A DNA stretch of 64,000 nucleotides from Candidatus Yanofskybacteria bacterium (GCA_030688685.1 JAUYJF010000006.1:120-64119), one strand, 5' to 3'. Shown: positions 8,707 to 16,603, counted from the stretch's first letter. Translations and numbers: made by a program. Notes: a model not told the origin generated them from the sequence alone.

Positions 8707-9796
8707 AAGGCAAAAGAAGCATTGGAGTGTAGAGTGGATTTCCGGATCCTGGGAACTTGTCGTTTTTCGCGCAAAGGCTCGGGGTAAAAGAAGATATGGT
8801 CACGTGCTCTCCGAGAGCTTCGCGAAGCTTTTCCCGCAATACACTCTGAACTTCCGGAAGAAGTGATCCACCACCGGAAAGAAAAATGCGAGAACCAAGA
8901 ACGCGCTCACCCGAACACAGCGTCTCTACACATAGTGTAGCCCATCTCTCTGACTCTCGCAAGAACGCGCTGTGAAGTTTCGCGCGCAGGGGCTGAGAAA
9001 ACTCCCCCTGAGCATACCGCTCCTTGAGATCCCGCGCGCTCGCGTCCTGCATGCCGAGGATTCGTTCAAGATAGTGAGTGAAATACTTTGCTCCTCCTTT
9101 AAATTCTTGAAATGAAAGCAGCGTCCCCTGCCGCACCATGGCAACATGCGTCATGCTCTCTCCCATATCAATAAACGCGGAGTCTCCGCGAACACCCGGA
9201 AAGAAGCGCGCCGCTCCTTCTGCCATATGGACAAGCGAAACATCGGGGATCCCGGCAATCTCGTCAGTGTATCTGCGAGGAATGCACGTACCCAGATATC
9301 GGACGAGCAGCTGCTCTGCGGCAATTCCACGAAAGTCCTCTATCGCGTATCCATTCGCTTTCCGTTCCAGAACGCTCACGCGCGGAACTACGAGTTCCGC
9401 GGGAGTGATCCCCAATACTCTTGAGAAATACTCTTTGATGTCTTCCTCTGCCTTACTCTCCATTTCCTTTTCCAGGGTTTTTGCTTCCCTGTCGCTTATC
9501 GGACCTGAGCGTTTGCGCGCAAGAACATACTCTACCAGTTTTGCCCGGAAAATAGTCGGAGGGAAACTCAGGAGAACAGCATCCGGTTTTCCGTAGTGCG
9601 CCATCGCGGATTCCCGCATCCGCTCAACATCTTTTTTCCAGGAGAGCGCGTCGGTTTTCTTGTGCGAGAGAGAAAGAATATCCAGCGACTCTTTCCCCTG
9701 CCGAATCTGCGCTGACTTCATGAAAGAATCCCCGATATCCAAAAGAAAAAGGAGGGGGGAATCGCTTCTGGAATGAGACAACAGTGGAAATGCCAT
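8693..9796 (-). CDS. actin-like ATPase of the FtsA/PilM family
   Basis: The N-terminus has LLFLLDIGDSFMK (a phosphate-1-like motif). The C-terminus has IFLSGGGSLLPEV, which is typical of FtsA/PilM. Confidence 0.6.
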   Translation of the reverse strand: MAFPLLSHSRSDSPLLFLLDIGDSFMKSAQIRQGKESLDILSLSHKKTDALSWKKDVERMRESAMAHYGKPDAVLLSFPPTIFRAKLVEYVLARKRSGPISDREAKTLEKEMESKAEEDIKEYFSRVLGITPAELVVPRVSVLERKANGYAIEDFRGIAAEQLLVRYLGTCIPRRYTDEIAGIPDVSLVHMAEGAARFFPGVRGDSAFIDMGESMTHVAMVRQGTLLSFQEFKGGAKYFTHYLERILGMQDASARDLKERYAQGEFSQPLRAKLHSAFLRESERWATLCVETLCSGERVLGSRIFLSGGGSLLPEVQSVLREKLREALGEHVTISSFTPSLCAKNDKFPGSGNPLYTPMLLLPYALK

Positions 9797-9814
9797 TCTA
9801 TTAGTATACCAAAA

Positions 9815-11689
9815 TTACCCGTTCAGCCGCGCTTTTATGCGCCGAATGCCCGAAGACACAGCCTCTTCCTTTATAATTTTGAATACACCCAGCTCTTTGG
9901 TGTTCTGCGCGTGCGGTCCTCCGCAGAACTCCTTGCTGAATGCTTTTCCTTCCTTGTCCTGGGCAATATACACAGACACCACATCCCCGTATTTGACCCC
10001 GAATTCCATTTCAGCTCCCAATTTCAGAGCTTCCTCCTTTCGCATCTCTTTGCGCACCATATCAAGCTCCTCTTGGATCTTGGCATTCACGAGGTCTTCC
10101 ACTTGCTGAATCTGATCTTGGGTAAGTTTTGCAGGATAAGAGAAGTCAAGGCGCAGGCGTTCCGCGGTAATATTGCTCCCCCGCTGATGCACGTGGTCTC
10201 CAAGAATCTCTCGCAATGCCGCCAGCGTCAGATGGTGGGCGGTATGCAGTTTTGTCGTTTCGTAAGAAGTATCAGCCAAACCTCCCTTAAACTTGCCCGC
10301 GGAAGAGGTGCGGGAGAGCTCACGGTGCTCTTCTAAGAGCTTGCTGAACTCCTCCTTTTCAAGACCCATCCCCTCGCGTTCCGCGATTTCCTCCACCAGT
10401 TCAATGGGAAATCCATGGGTTGTAAAAAGAATGAACGCGTCCTGCCCCGAAACAACATTTCCTTTCTGGCGAATATGCTCTAAGAGTTTTAATCCTGTTT
10501 CCAAGGTTTTCGCGAATTTCTTTGCCTCCAGAGTGAGAATAATTCCAATCTCTTCCCGCTTCTGGGCGAGCTCCGGGTATGAGGATTTATAGAATTCAAT
10601 GTACGAGGATCCGATCTCAGAGATCCAGTTTGTTTCCTGTACACCCAATTGTCTTCCCTTAATCACAGACCTCCGAATAAGGCGGCGGAGAATGTATCCC
10701 CGCTCTTTATTGGAAGGCAGTACTCCGTCTGAAATCATCATAACAGAGCCTCGGATGTGGTCTGCGATCACGCGGAACGCCTCTTTGTTTTGCGCGTAGG
10801 GAATTCCCGCAACCTGTTCAATGGTCAGTAAGGCTTTTTGGAAAATATCCAGTTGAAATACGTCAGAATTTCCGGAAAGAGCGGCGGCAATCCGTTCCAG
10901 TCCTCCGCCAAAGTCCACGTTCCGCTGGGGCAGTTTTCCAAACGACCCGTCTTCTGCTTTCCGGTACTCCATGAACACAGAATTGCAGATTTCCATGAAT
11001 CTGCCGCAGTCGCAGTTTGGATGACATTCTTTCCCAAACGCGAGATTGTGCGGAGTATCCTCAAACTCATAGAATATTTCAGAATCAGGGCCGCCCGGCT
11101 CCCCCGTCGGCATCTTTTCAGGGACGCCAGATCTGCTCCACCAGTTTTTCTTGGAATCGTATAAGAAGATTCTTCCTCCCTGCATTCCTTTTTCGCTCCC
11201 CTGCTGTTCTGTTCCCAATTCCACCGCCTTTGCCTTAATCCCTTTTTCTTGGAACAGCTGCTTCCAAATCTCTATGGATTCTTCGTCCTTTGGTATTCCC
11301 AAGCGCGCGTCTCCCGCGAACGCCGTCACAGAGAGTTTTTCAGGATTGAAACCCAGCTCATCTGTCAAAAATGAAAAAACCCAGGGAAGCTGTTCCTGCT
11401 TAAAATACGCCCCGAGAGACCAGTTCCCCAGCATTTCAAAGAATGTGGTGTGCCGGTTATCTCCAACTTCATCAATATCTTCCGCGCGGAAGCACTTCTG
11501 GGAATTCACCAACCGCGTTCCCAGCGGATGCTTTTGCCCCAATAGATACGGCAAAAGCGGCTGCATGCCAGATCCCGTAAACAGAGTGGTGGGGTCGTTC
11601 TCTGGCACAAGCGAAGAAGAGGGAATAACAGTATGCCCTCTCTTCTGATAGAAGTCTAAGAACTTTTGCCGCACCTCGTTTGAATTCAT
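9815..11689 (-). CDS. alaS: alanine--tRNA ligase, short form (624 aa) lacking the C-terminal C-Ala domain
   Basis: Class II AlaRS N-terminal catalytic core (FTGSGMQP, CFRAEDIDE) is present. The editing domain HxxxH...CGG.H motifs are present (HTAHHLTLAAL, CGGPHAQNT). Canonical bacterial AlaRS is about 870 aa. Confidence 0.9.
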   Translation of the reverse strand: MNSNEVRQKFLDFYQKRGHTVIPSSSLVPENDPTTLFTGSGMQPLLPYLLGQKHPLGTRLVNSQKCFRAEDIDEVGDNRHTTFFEMLGNWSLGAYFKQEQLPWVFSFLTDELGFNPEKLSVTAFAGDARLGIPKDEESIEIWKQLFQEKGIKAKAVELGTEQQGSEKGMQGGRIFLYDSKKNWWSRSGVPEKMPTGEPGGPDSEIFYEFEDTPHNLAFGKECHPNCDCGRFMEICNSVFMEYRKAEDGSFGKLPQRNVDFGGGLERIAAALSGNSDVFQLDIFQKALLTIEQVAGIPYAQNKEAFRVIADHIRGSVMMISDGVLPSNKERGYILRRLIRRSVIKGRQLGVQETNWISEIGSSYIEFYKSSYPELAQKREEIGIILTLEAKKFAKTLETGLKLLEHIRQKGNVVSGQDAFILFTTHGFPIELVEEIAEREGMGLEKEEFSKLLEEHRELSRTSSAGKFKGGLADTSYETTKLHTAHHLTLAALREILGDHVHQRGSNITAERLRLDFSYPAKLTQDQIQQVEDLVNAKIQEELDMVRKEMRKEEALKLGAEMEFGVKYGDVVSVYIAQDKEGKAFSKEFCGGPHAQNTKELGVFKIIKEEAVSSGIRRIKARLNG

Positions 11690-11705
11690 TGCTTTAATGT
11701 ATCAT

Positions 11706-11740
11706 AAAAAAAGCATCCCGTTTAGTTTTTAGAGGGATGC
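11706..11740 (-). terminator. intrinsic terminator within the alaS leader, 17 nt upstream of the alaS ATG
   Basis: On the minus strand the sequence is GCAUCCC-ucuaaaaacuaaac-GGGAUGC-UUUUUUU. There is no room for a promoter between it and the ATG at 11689. Confidence 0.6.
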
Positions 11741-12018
11741 GATATAGTCTCCGCAGAGCTGAGAGCCAGGACAGAGCTAATGCGGATCAAGAAGTCCTAG
11801 CGAGGAGAGAGATTTCCGCTATACCCCCTCATCCGATTCCGTCCTGTCTCTGCAGCTCTCCAGAGGCTACCATGGTGTAACTCACCCTAATCTAGTTTTC
11901 CAAACAACTCCTGTTGAACTTTTATCACAGTTGAAGTTCTTCAACTTCAGTCAGGATAAAAACTCAATTGGAGGGGGCAGACATAAAGGATTGGACTTTC
12001 CTGCCTGCCCCAAAAAGA
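11741..12018 (-). promoter_or_regulatory. highly structured alaS 5' leader (candidate attenuator, T-box-like or other cis-regulatory RNA)
   Basis: There are nested inverted repeats. One is a 5' hairpin GGGGCAG...CUGCCCC. Another is the palindrome AGUUGAAGAACUUCAACU. The largest is an imperfect long hairpin of about 140 nt (CCUCUGGAGAGCUGCAGAGACAGGACGG ... GCUCUGUCCUGGCUCUCAGCUCUGCGGAG). The segment AGAUUAGGGUGAG resembles the T-box AAUUAGGGUGG core but is not next to the terminator. Confidence 0.4.
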
Positions 12019-12333
12019 TTATAAGTGCGTTCTCGCAGGATACAAGCGCACCACCTTTTTTGCGATGCATGCTTCGCCGAATTTTTCTTTCCAGGCTTCA
12101 ACAATCTCATCGCTGTTCTGCCCGGCCTCAATACGAGGTAGAACGAATTCGCGGGAGAGTCGTGCAGACGAAGGCACGACGCACCGCAGTTCGCATGCGC
12201 GCTTGTGAAGCGGCATGAGAACTTGCATGGCAATGGCCCATTGCCGAGCCATTGCCACTTCCTGGAATGTCGGCATGAATGGTGGACATTCTCCTAGAAT
12301 GTCCATTACAGTAGATGCCACCGACTCCGACAT
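12019..12333 (-). CDS. hypothetical small protein (104 aa)
   Basis: It has an AAGGAG RBS 6 nt upstream of the ATG. It is in an island of small genes and no family was recognised. Confidence 0.55.
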   Translation of the reverse strand: MSESVASTVMDILGECPPFMPTFQEVAMARQWAIAMQVLMPLHKRACELRCVVPSSARLSREFVLPRIEAGQNSDEIVEAWKEKFGEACIAKKVVRLYPARTHL

Positions 12334-12468
12334 TTTCTCTCCTTTCGTTTTTTCTTTCGGGCAATAAGCCCTAAAACATTTCTGCTCAAGAACTTATTGC
12401 CCAAAAGAAATCTATTTTTGAGTCAAAGAACTGCTTCCTCCTGTTGAATCTCCAAGTTTCCTTAGAAA

Positions 12469-12535
12469 CTCAATGAGAGTGGGAAGGGGCGCAAGGTCGT
12501 GCAGACCTCGATCCCTTCCCTTGTTTACCTCCTTT
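12469..12535 (-). repeat. conserved intergenic hairpin element, copy 1 (plus strand: CTCAATGAGAGT-GGGAAGGG...CCCTTCCC-TTGTTTACCTCCT)
   Basis: It shares GGGAAGGG/CCCTTCCC stem arms and the flanking CTCAATrAGAGT and TTTACCTCCT with copy 2 at 12897-12958. Each copy lies just downstream of a small minus-strand gene. The element includes an AGGAGGUAAA motif on the minus strand. Confidence 0.6.
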
Positions 12536-12546
12536 CTGCGGGGATG

Positions 12547-12855
12547 CTACCCCGCGTCGCTGATTGTAGCGTGTGGAAGGCGATGAAACGCCTCCCGCAA
12601 CTTCTCCGCCTGCTCCTCAGCAAGGACGCCCCTGCTGACGAGCTCCGGAAATATACTAACAAAAAACACATCCCCGCCGTCATCATACATATCTTCGTAG
12701 TAGAGGATTTGATTCTCCTCTACTACCACCGTTCCCTTCTCGTCATGGAACTGGAGTGTCTCCAGTCCCGGAATGACGTCGGGGTTGATGTCCGGAAAGG
12801 CGGCCACGAAATCCGCCTTTCGGACAAGTGTTATGTGCGATCCTCTGTAGGGCAT
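12547..12855 (-). CDS. small acidic hypothetical protein (102 aa)
   Basis: A GGAGG RBS is 5 nt upstream of the ATG. The sequence is D/E-rich. It has weak paralogy to 12950..13306 (YYEDMYDDGGDVFFVSIFPE versus YNGYAIATVVAEDVKEDRFFPGGE). Confidence 0.6.
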   Translation of the reverse strand: MPYRGSHITLVRKADFVAAFPDINPDVIPGLETLQFHDEKGTVVVEENQILYYEDMYDDGGDVFFVSIFPELVSRGVLAEEQAEKLREAFHRLPHATISDAG

Positions 12856-12896
12856 TTTGCCCTCCTATGAACCCCCAACAGTATAGTAATTGGGGG

Positions 12897-12958
12897 CTCA
12901 ATAAGAGTGGGAAGGGAAGCCGGAGTGCACCGACGATTCCCTTCCCCATTTACCTCCT
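12897..12958 (-). repeat. conserved intergenic hairpin element, copy 2
   Basis: CTCAATAAGAGT-GGGAAGGG-aagccggagtgcaccgacgatt-CCCTTCCC-CATTTACCTCCT. The stop codon of the upstream gene lies inside the AGGAGGTAAA motif of the element. Confidence 0.6.
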
Positions 12959-13306
12959 CCACCAACGCCACCACCTGCGCCGCCGCTTCAGGCGACGCAG
13001 CAGAATGGGATGAATTTGAATTTCAAGAATCACTATGCATGCGATCTTTCCGAAGCGGTCTTCACCGCCCGGAAAGAACCTATCCTCTTTAACATCTTCC
13101 GCTACCACAGTGGCTATGGCATAGCCGTTGTAGTTGTACGAAAAGATGTCGGGTACATATTGATCGTCCTCCAGTCCTCTGGAAAGACGATAAGCCCACC
13201 ACCTCGTCCTCTCTAGCGAGAGCGAAAAGTGGTGATACTCCCCAACCTCGTGGGGGACGTTCCCCGCGGAGGTGAGGGGAACAACCCGGAATCCTTGCGT
13301 GGTCAT
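12950..13306 (-). CDS. small hypothetical protein (118 aa) with an Arg/Trp-rich C-terminal tail encoded by the repeat element
   Basis: A GAAGGAGG RBS precedes the ATG at 13306. The C-terminus RRLKRRRRWWRWWRR is read through repeat copy 2. Confidence 0.55.
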   Translation of the reverse strand: MTTQGFRVVPLTSAGNVPHEVGEYHHFSLSLERTRWWAYRLSRGLEDDQYVPDIFSYNYNGYAIATVVAEDVKEDRFFPGGEDRFGKIACIVILEIQIHPILLRRLKRRRRWWRWWRR

Positions 13307-13393
13307 TCCTCGCCTCCTTCGGAGATCTTAATTTAATTTTGAAAGGTACTTCTTTCCCCTTCCCAAAAATACTTTTTCTAGAAAAGAATCTTT

Positions 13394-13439
13394 GGGAAAA
13401 GGAGCAGGCGCAAACGTAGCTTATTTACAACCTGCTCCA
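13394..13439 (-). terminator. intrinsic terminator immediately downstream of tRNA-Glu
   Basis: The GGAGCAGG/CCTGCTCC 8-bp stem is followed on the minus strand by TTTTCCC. Confidence 0.6.
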
Positions 13440-13448
13440 AAAAGTGCT

Positions 13449-13522
13449 CTGGTGGGGGCGAGGAGATTCGAGCTCCCGCTTCCGATGTGAAAGGCCGGTG
13501 ACCTTCCCGTAGTCGACGCCCC
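13449..13522 (-). tRNA. tRNA-Glu (anticodon UUC), CCA encoded
   Basis: My manual fold gives a 7-bp acceptor stem GGGGGCG/CGCCCCC, U8, a D-arm GACU/GGUC, the anticodon loop CUUUCAC (identical to the E. coli tRNA-Glu loop), a T-arm GGGAG-CUCGAAU-CUCCU, discriminator A and CCA. Length is 74 nt. Confidence 0.8.
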
Positions 13523-13641
13523 CACCGTAATGTGCTTGCTCCCGCGGTCCTTCCGGTGACTCCCCACCAGATTTCCGCTCATCGCGCGGAGCTTGCGCGC
13601 CCTGGTCTGACCCGCCAGGGAGGATTTTGACTGCGGTCTGC

Positions 13642-13983
13642 CTAGTCGACCACGTCCACCAGCACGTCCACCAGGCGAAAAGTGAACGTGGCGGCAGAGA
13701 TTTCCGCGTCGGTGAACTCGCGCGTCTCGCGCGGAACACCGGAAATCTCGGCCACTAGGCAGGAGTCCCCCGCCTCCAGGCGAATCCGCCCGCCCTTTGC
13801 AGAGCGAACATCAACGTCCAGATGCCGGGACACCGCGTCCAGGGTGTTCCCGTGGCTAGGGTTAGCCACGTTCTCCACTCCGGCGCGGATGAACTCCGCC
13901 GCTTCCTCGGGCGTTACCGTCCGAACGGCCACTTGGCCGTCGGGCAGCATGGAAAGCCCGAGGGTGGTATTGAAATACCTCAA
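13642..13983 (-). CDS. DUF1874 family protein (STIV B116 / AcrIII-1 / Crn2 ring-nuclease family)
   Basis: It aligns along its length with B116-like proteins. FNTTLGLSML matches FLTNAFSINML, NVANPSHGNTLDAVSRHL matches NAIGHDSTINLVNTL (with the conserved His), and RIRLEAGDSCLVAEI matches KVKMNEGDEALIIMI. The start was placed at TTG 13983, which has a perfect AGGAGG 5 nt upstream. The ORF track begins at 14109. Confidence 0.6.
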   Translation of the reverse strand: MRYFNTTLGLSMLPDGQVAVRTVTPEEAAEFIRAGVENVANPSHGNTLDAVSRHLDVDVRSAKGGRIRLEAGDSCLVAEISGVPRETREFTDAEISAATFTFRLVDVLVDVVD

Positions 13984-14332
13984 TTTTCCTCCTTTACCGG
14001 CATCCCATCTCGTTGCGGACTTATCGCGACAAGTTCTAGAGAACCGGAAATACTCGCTCTGTTTCCGGAGCGGCGAGCTGAACACTAATTTCTCTTGGAT
14101 CTCTTTCAATGAATCAAATACTGCAGATCAGATTAACTAATGCTCACTTCGCCGCTCCGGATGCATTTCAAAGAACAAACGGCTCCCTATATTGTTTGGA
14201 GAGAGCCGTTCAAGCAAAATTCGCTGCTATTTGCTAATCCTGCCTCTCTCCTTGCAGAACCAGCCCCTTTTTCTGTATTGACGCCAATATAACATACTAT
14301 TAAGAAAATGTCAAGTGCTGCGTGATGGTTCA

Positions 14333-14381
14333 ATAAAAAGGGGGCGAGAGCGCAAAACAACACGCGCGTTCATCGCCCCCC
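14333..14381 (-). terminator. intrinsic terminator after the 14398..14787 gene
   Basis: The GGGGGCGA/TCGCCCCC stem is followed on the minus strand by TTTTT. Confidence 0.6.
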
Positions 14382-14397
14382 TTCAGTAACCAAAGAG

Positions 14398-14787
14398 CTA
14401 GCTTGCGTAAACTGCGGATACGCTGTTTTGGAGTATCCACAAGAGCCGCCAGAGAGCTCCCTCTCCTTCCCTAAGCAGTATTCGTTCCTGGGCATCATCA
14501 ATGGCAATTTCCAATCGCCATTCCCCTTCAGGCTCCTTCGTGAAAACCCATAACTCCCCAGCGGTCTCAGGAGGCTCCATTACAAGGCTGTATACCTTGC
14601 CTGGAATTGAGACTACATCTATGGATATGTGACCTCCCCAAGAAGCCCGTAAGACGTACGAGGAGAGGGCTGCTTGCAGGCGCGCGATTGCCTCAAGCAC
14701 TGTTTCCAGGTTTTCCTGAGAGACTTCCAGGGAACCTCCGCCCCGGACAAACTTCTCCACCACCGCGCCAGCGTCGCGAGTAACCAT
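14398..14787 (-). CDS. hypothetical protein (129 aa)
   Basis: A GGAGG RBS is 5 nt upstream of the ATG and a terminator follows downstream. No family was recognised. Confidence 0.55.
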   Translation of the reverse strand: MVTRDAGAVVEKFVRGGGSLEVSQENLETVLEAIARLQAALSSYVLRASWGGHISIDVVSIPGKVYSLVMEPPETAGELWVFTKEPEGEWRLEIAIDDAQERILLREGEGALWRLLWILQNSVSAVYAS

Positions 14788-15085
14788 CTGTGCCTCCGTA
14801 TGTTTTTTGAGGATAAAACCCCTGTTGAATCCTCATCCATAGGATGAGAACTTAATGGGAGCGAGCAGGCGAAGGTATAATGAGTACTCTCCGCCTGCCC
14901 TTGTGTGCTACTTGGCAGGAGCGTTTTCTCCCTGCTTTTTACGGCAGGGAGCAAAAGCTCTTTGCCATGTTCTTGCCTTGTACCACGACACGCGGCTGCG
15001 TGGCACAAGGAAAGAGTATCCACTGAGCCAGTTCACCGTAACCATCATTTCTACCACCTCATCTGCCCGTATCTGCCATGGGCAA

Positions 15086-15400
15086 TCATTTACCGCATGC
15101 CTGCCGAAGAACTTCCACATCCTCTGGGCTGGGCCAATCGGCATACTGCCACATATGTGCTGGCGGGTGGTCGGCCAGCACAATTCCCGTCTCTCTGTCC
15201 ATTATCCAGAGAGTCCGGCCCCCCGCCGGGTTTATGATGGCTGCAACCATTACCACCCGATTAAAGGGCAGCGGAGCACCCGGCACAGATGCAAGGCGCA
15301 CAATGCGATCGCCATCCACCTCGTAGGTGCCCGGCGACAGTAGGCGTCGCCATTCCCAATCGTGCGCTTGCTGCCTGGTACTTTCCACAATGGCAGTCAT
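15086..15400 (-). CDS. hypothetical protein (~104 aa)
   Basis: The start was placed at the internal ATG, which has a GGGAGGGGAG RBS. The ORF track begins at 15490. Confidence 0.5.
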   Translation of the reverse strand: MTAIVESTRQQAHDWEWRRLLSPGTYEVDGDRIVRLASVPGAPLPFNRVVMVAAIINPAGGRTLWIMDRETGIVLADHPPAHMWQYADWPSPEDVEVLRQACGK

Positions 15401-15502
15401 AATACTCCCCTCCCGCGCATATCTTATGGAAAGGTCTATACTAGAAGTATCCCTTTCCCACGTTTTGTCAACCCCCCATGGAAAACTCACGAATTCTGCT
15501 CT

Positions 15503-16552
15503 TTAATGAGTCAGCACCCCTGCCCCAACCATCTCCTCTCCTTTATAGAACACCGCAAACTGCCCTGGAGTTATCGCGCGCTGGGCAGTCTGAAAGGAAA
15601 GGGTGTAGGAATCCTTTCCTGTTTCCGTAAGAGATACGGGAATTGATTGCTGGCGGTAGCGCAGGCGCACTTCCATGTCCAGATCCTGCGGCGCTTGGGG
15701 CAAGAGCCAATGCACGTTCGTCACATGCGCTTTTGCATGCAAGATATCTTTTTCCTGTTTGCTCACCGTAAGAGTGTTATTTAGCAGATCCTTTTCCACC
15801 ACATACCAGGGACCGCCAGACAAACCAATACCTTTTCTTTGTCCAATGGTGTAGTAGAAAGCGCCGTCATGCTCTCCCAATTTCTTGCCGGCTGTATCCA
15901 CGATAGAGCCCTTCTTTGGCTTGATGTACTGGCGCAAAAAGTCCCCGATCTCAATCTTGCCCACAAAACAAATCCCCTGGCTGTCTTTCCGCTCAGCATT
16001 AGGAAGACCGAACTTTTTTGCCATTTTTCTCACTTCGGTCTTTTTGTATTCTCCAATCGGGAAGAGAACCTTTGGTAAAACCTCAGGCCGAATAAAGGAG
16101 AGGAAATAGGACTGATCCTTCTCCTTATCTACACCTTGTAAAATGCGAGGCGCGGTACCATGCCGAGTAATACGGGCATAATGCCCTGTCGCCACATAAT
16201 CTGCCCCCAGAGCCATGGCACGCTCAAAAAAGAGACCGAACTTAATCTCTTTATTGCACATAATGTCCGGATTGGGAGTGAGTCCGCGGCGATATCCCTC
16301 CAGCATGTAATCCACTACTTTGGCGCGATATTCCACCAGGAAATTCCAGACATACAAGGGAATTCCCAGGTGCGCCGCTGCCAGCCTCGCTGACCGCTCA
16401 TCCTCTTGCGAGGTGCACGAGGCGCCTTCTGTCCAGCATTTCATGTATACCCCGATCACCTTGTATCCCTCTTTCCGCAAGAGAGCGGCGGCCACCGAAG
16501 AGTCCACGCCTCCGGAAAGTCCCACAAAAACTGTTTTCCCGTTCTGCTTCAT
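15503..16552 (-). CDS. mnmA: tRNA-specific 2-thiouridylase MnmA
   Basis: The PP-loop VFVGLSGGVDSSV is present. MnmA-type catalytic cysteines and C-terminal domains are present. Confidence 0.9.
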   Translation of the reverse strand: MKQNGKTVFVGLSGGVDSSVAAALLRKEGYKVIGVYMKCWTEGASCTSQEDERSARLAAAHLGIPLYVWNFLVEYRAKVVDYMLEGYRRGLTPNPDIMCNKEIKFGLFFERAMALGADYVATGHYARITRHGTAPRILQGVDKEKDQSYFLSFIRPEVLPKVLFPIGEYKKTEVRKMAKKFGLPNAERKDSQGICFVGKIEIGDFLRQYIKPKKGSIVDTAGKKLGEHDGAFYYTIGQRKGIGLSGGPWYVVEKDLLNNTLTVSKQEKDILHAKAHVTNVHWLLPQAPQDLDMEVRLRYRQQSIPVSLTETGKDSYTLSFQTAQRAITPGQFAVFYKGEEMVGAGVLTH

Positions 16553-16603
16553 CTGTTGTATTAAACCACAGAATGTTCAGCAGCGCAAATACGTGCGCGT
16601 ACA

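Noticed and set aside
11741-11900. Canonical T-box riboswitch upstream of alaS
   Set aside because: The T-box-like AGAUUAGGGUGAG lies about 190 nt 5' of the terminator instead of overlapping an antiterminator. No clear specifier-loop GCU context was identified. It is kept only as a divergent or attenuator possibility in the findings.
11990-12005. RNase P RNA, because of a GGAAAGUCC match on the minus strand
   Set aside because: Only the P4-like nonamer matches. The partner ACAGAANCCGGCUUA and other universal RNase P motifs are absent.
11931-12364. ORFs 11931..12218(+), 11964..12233(-) and 12128..12364(-)
   Set aside because: They overlap the RBS-supported 12019..12333 gene and the alaS leader in other frames or on the other strand. 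Their translations are Arg/Ala-rich, which is typical of GC-rich antisense frames.
12469-12958. Integron attC sites for the two conserved hairpin elements following small genes
   Set aside because: Neither strand has the R'' RYYYAAC or R' GTTRRRY core sites at the element ends (the ends are CTCAAT... and ...TTTACCTCC). There is no intI nearby.
13523-13640. A second tRNA or tmRNA 3' domain upstream of tRNA-Glu (GC-rich hairpins, GCGCGC...GCGCG)
   Set aside because: I could not build a cloverleaf. There is no T-loop consensus, no UUCGA-type motif and no CCA-adjacent acceptor pairing.
14619-15343. ORFs 14619..15023(-), 14855..15343(+), 14905..15237(+), 14908..15183(-) and 15078..15326(+)
   Set aside because: Mutually overlapping with no SD sequences, in the spacer between two RBS-supported genes. 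A plus-strand TATAAT-type box at 14873 exists but no convincing downstream gene follows.
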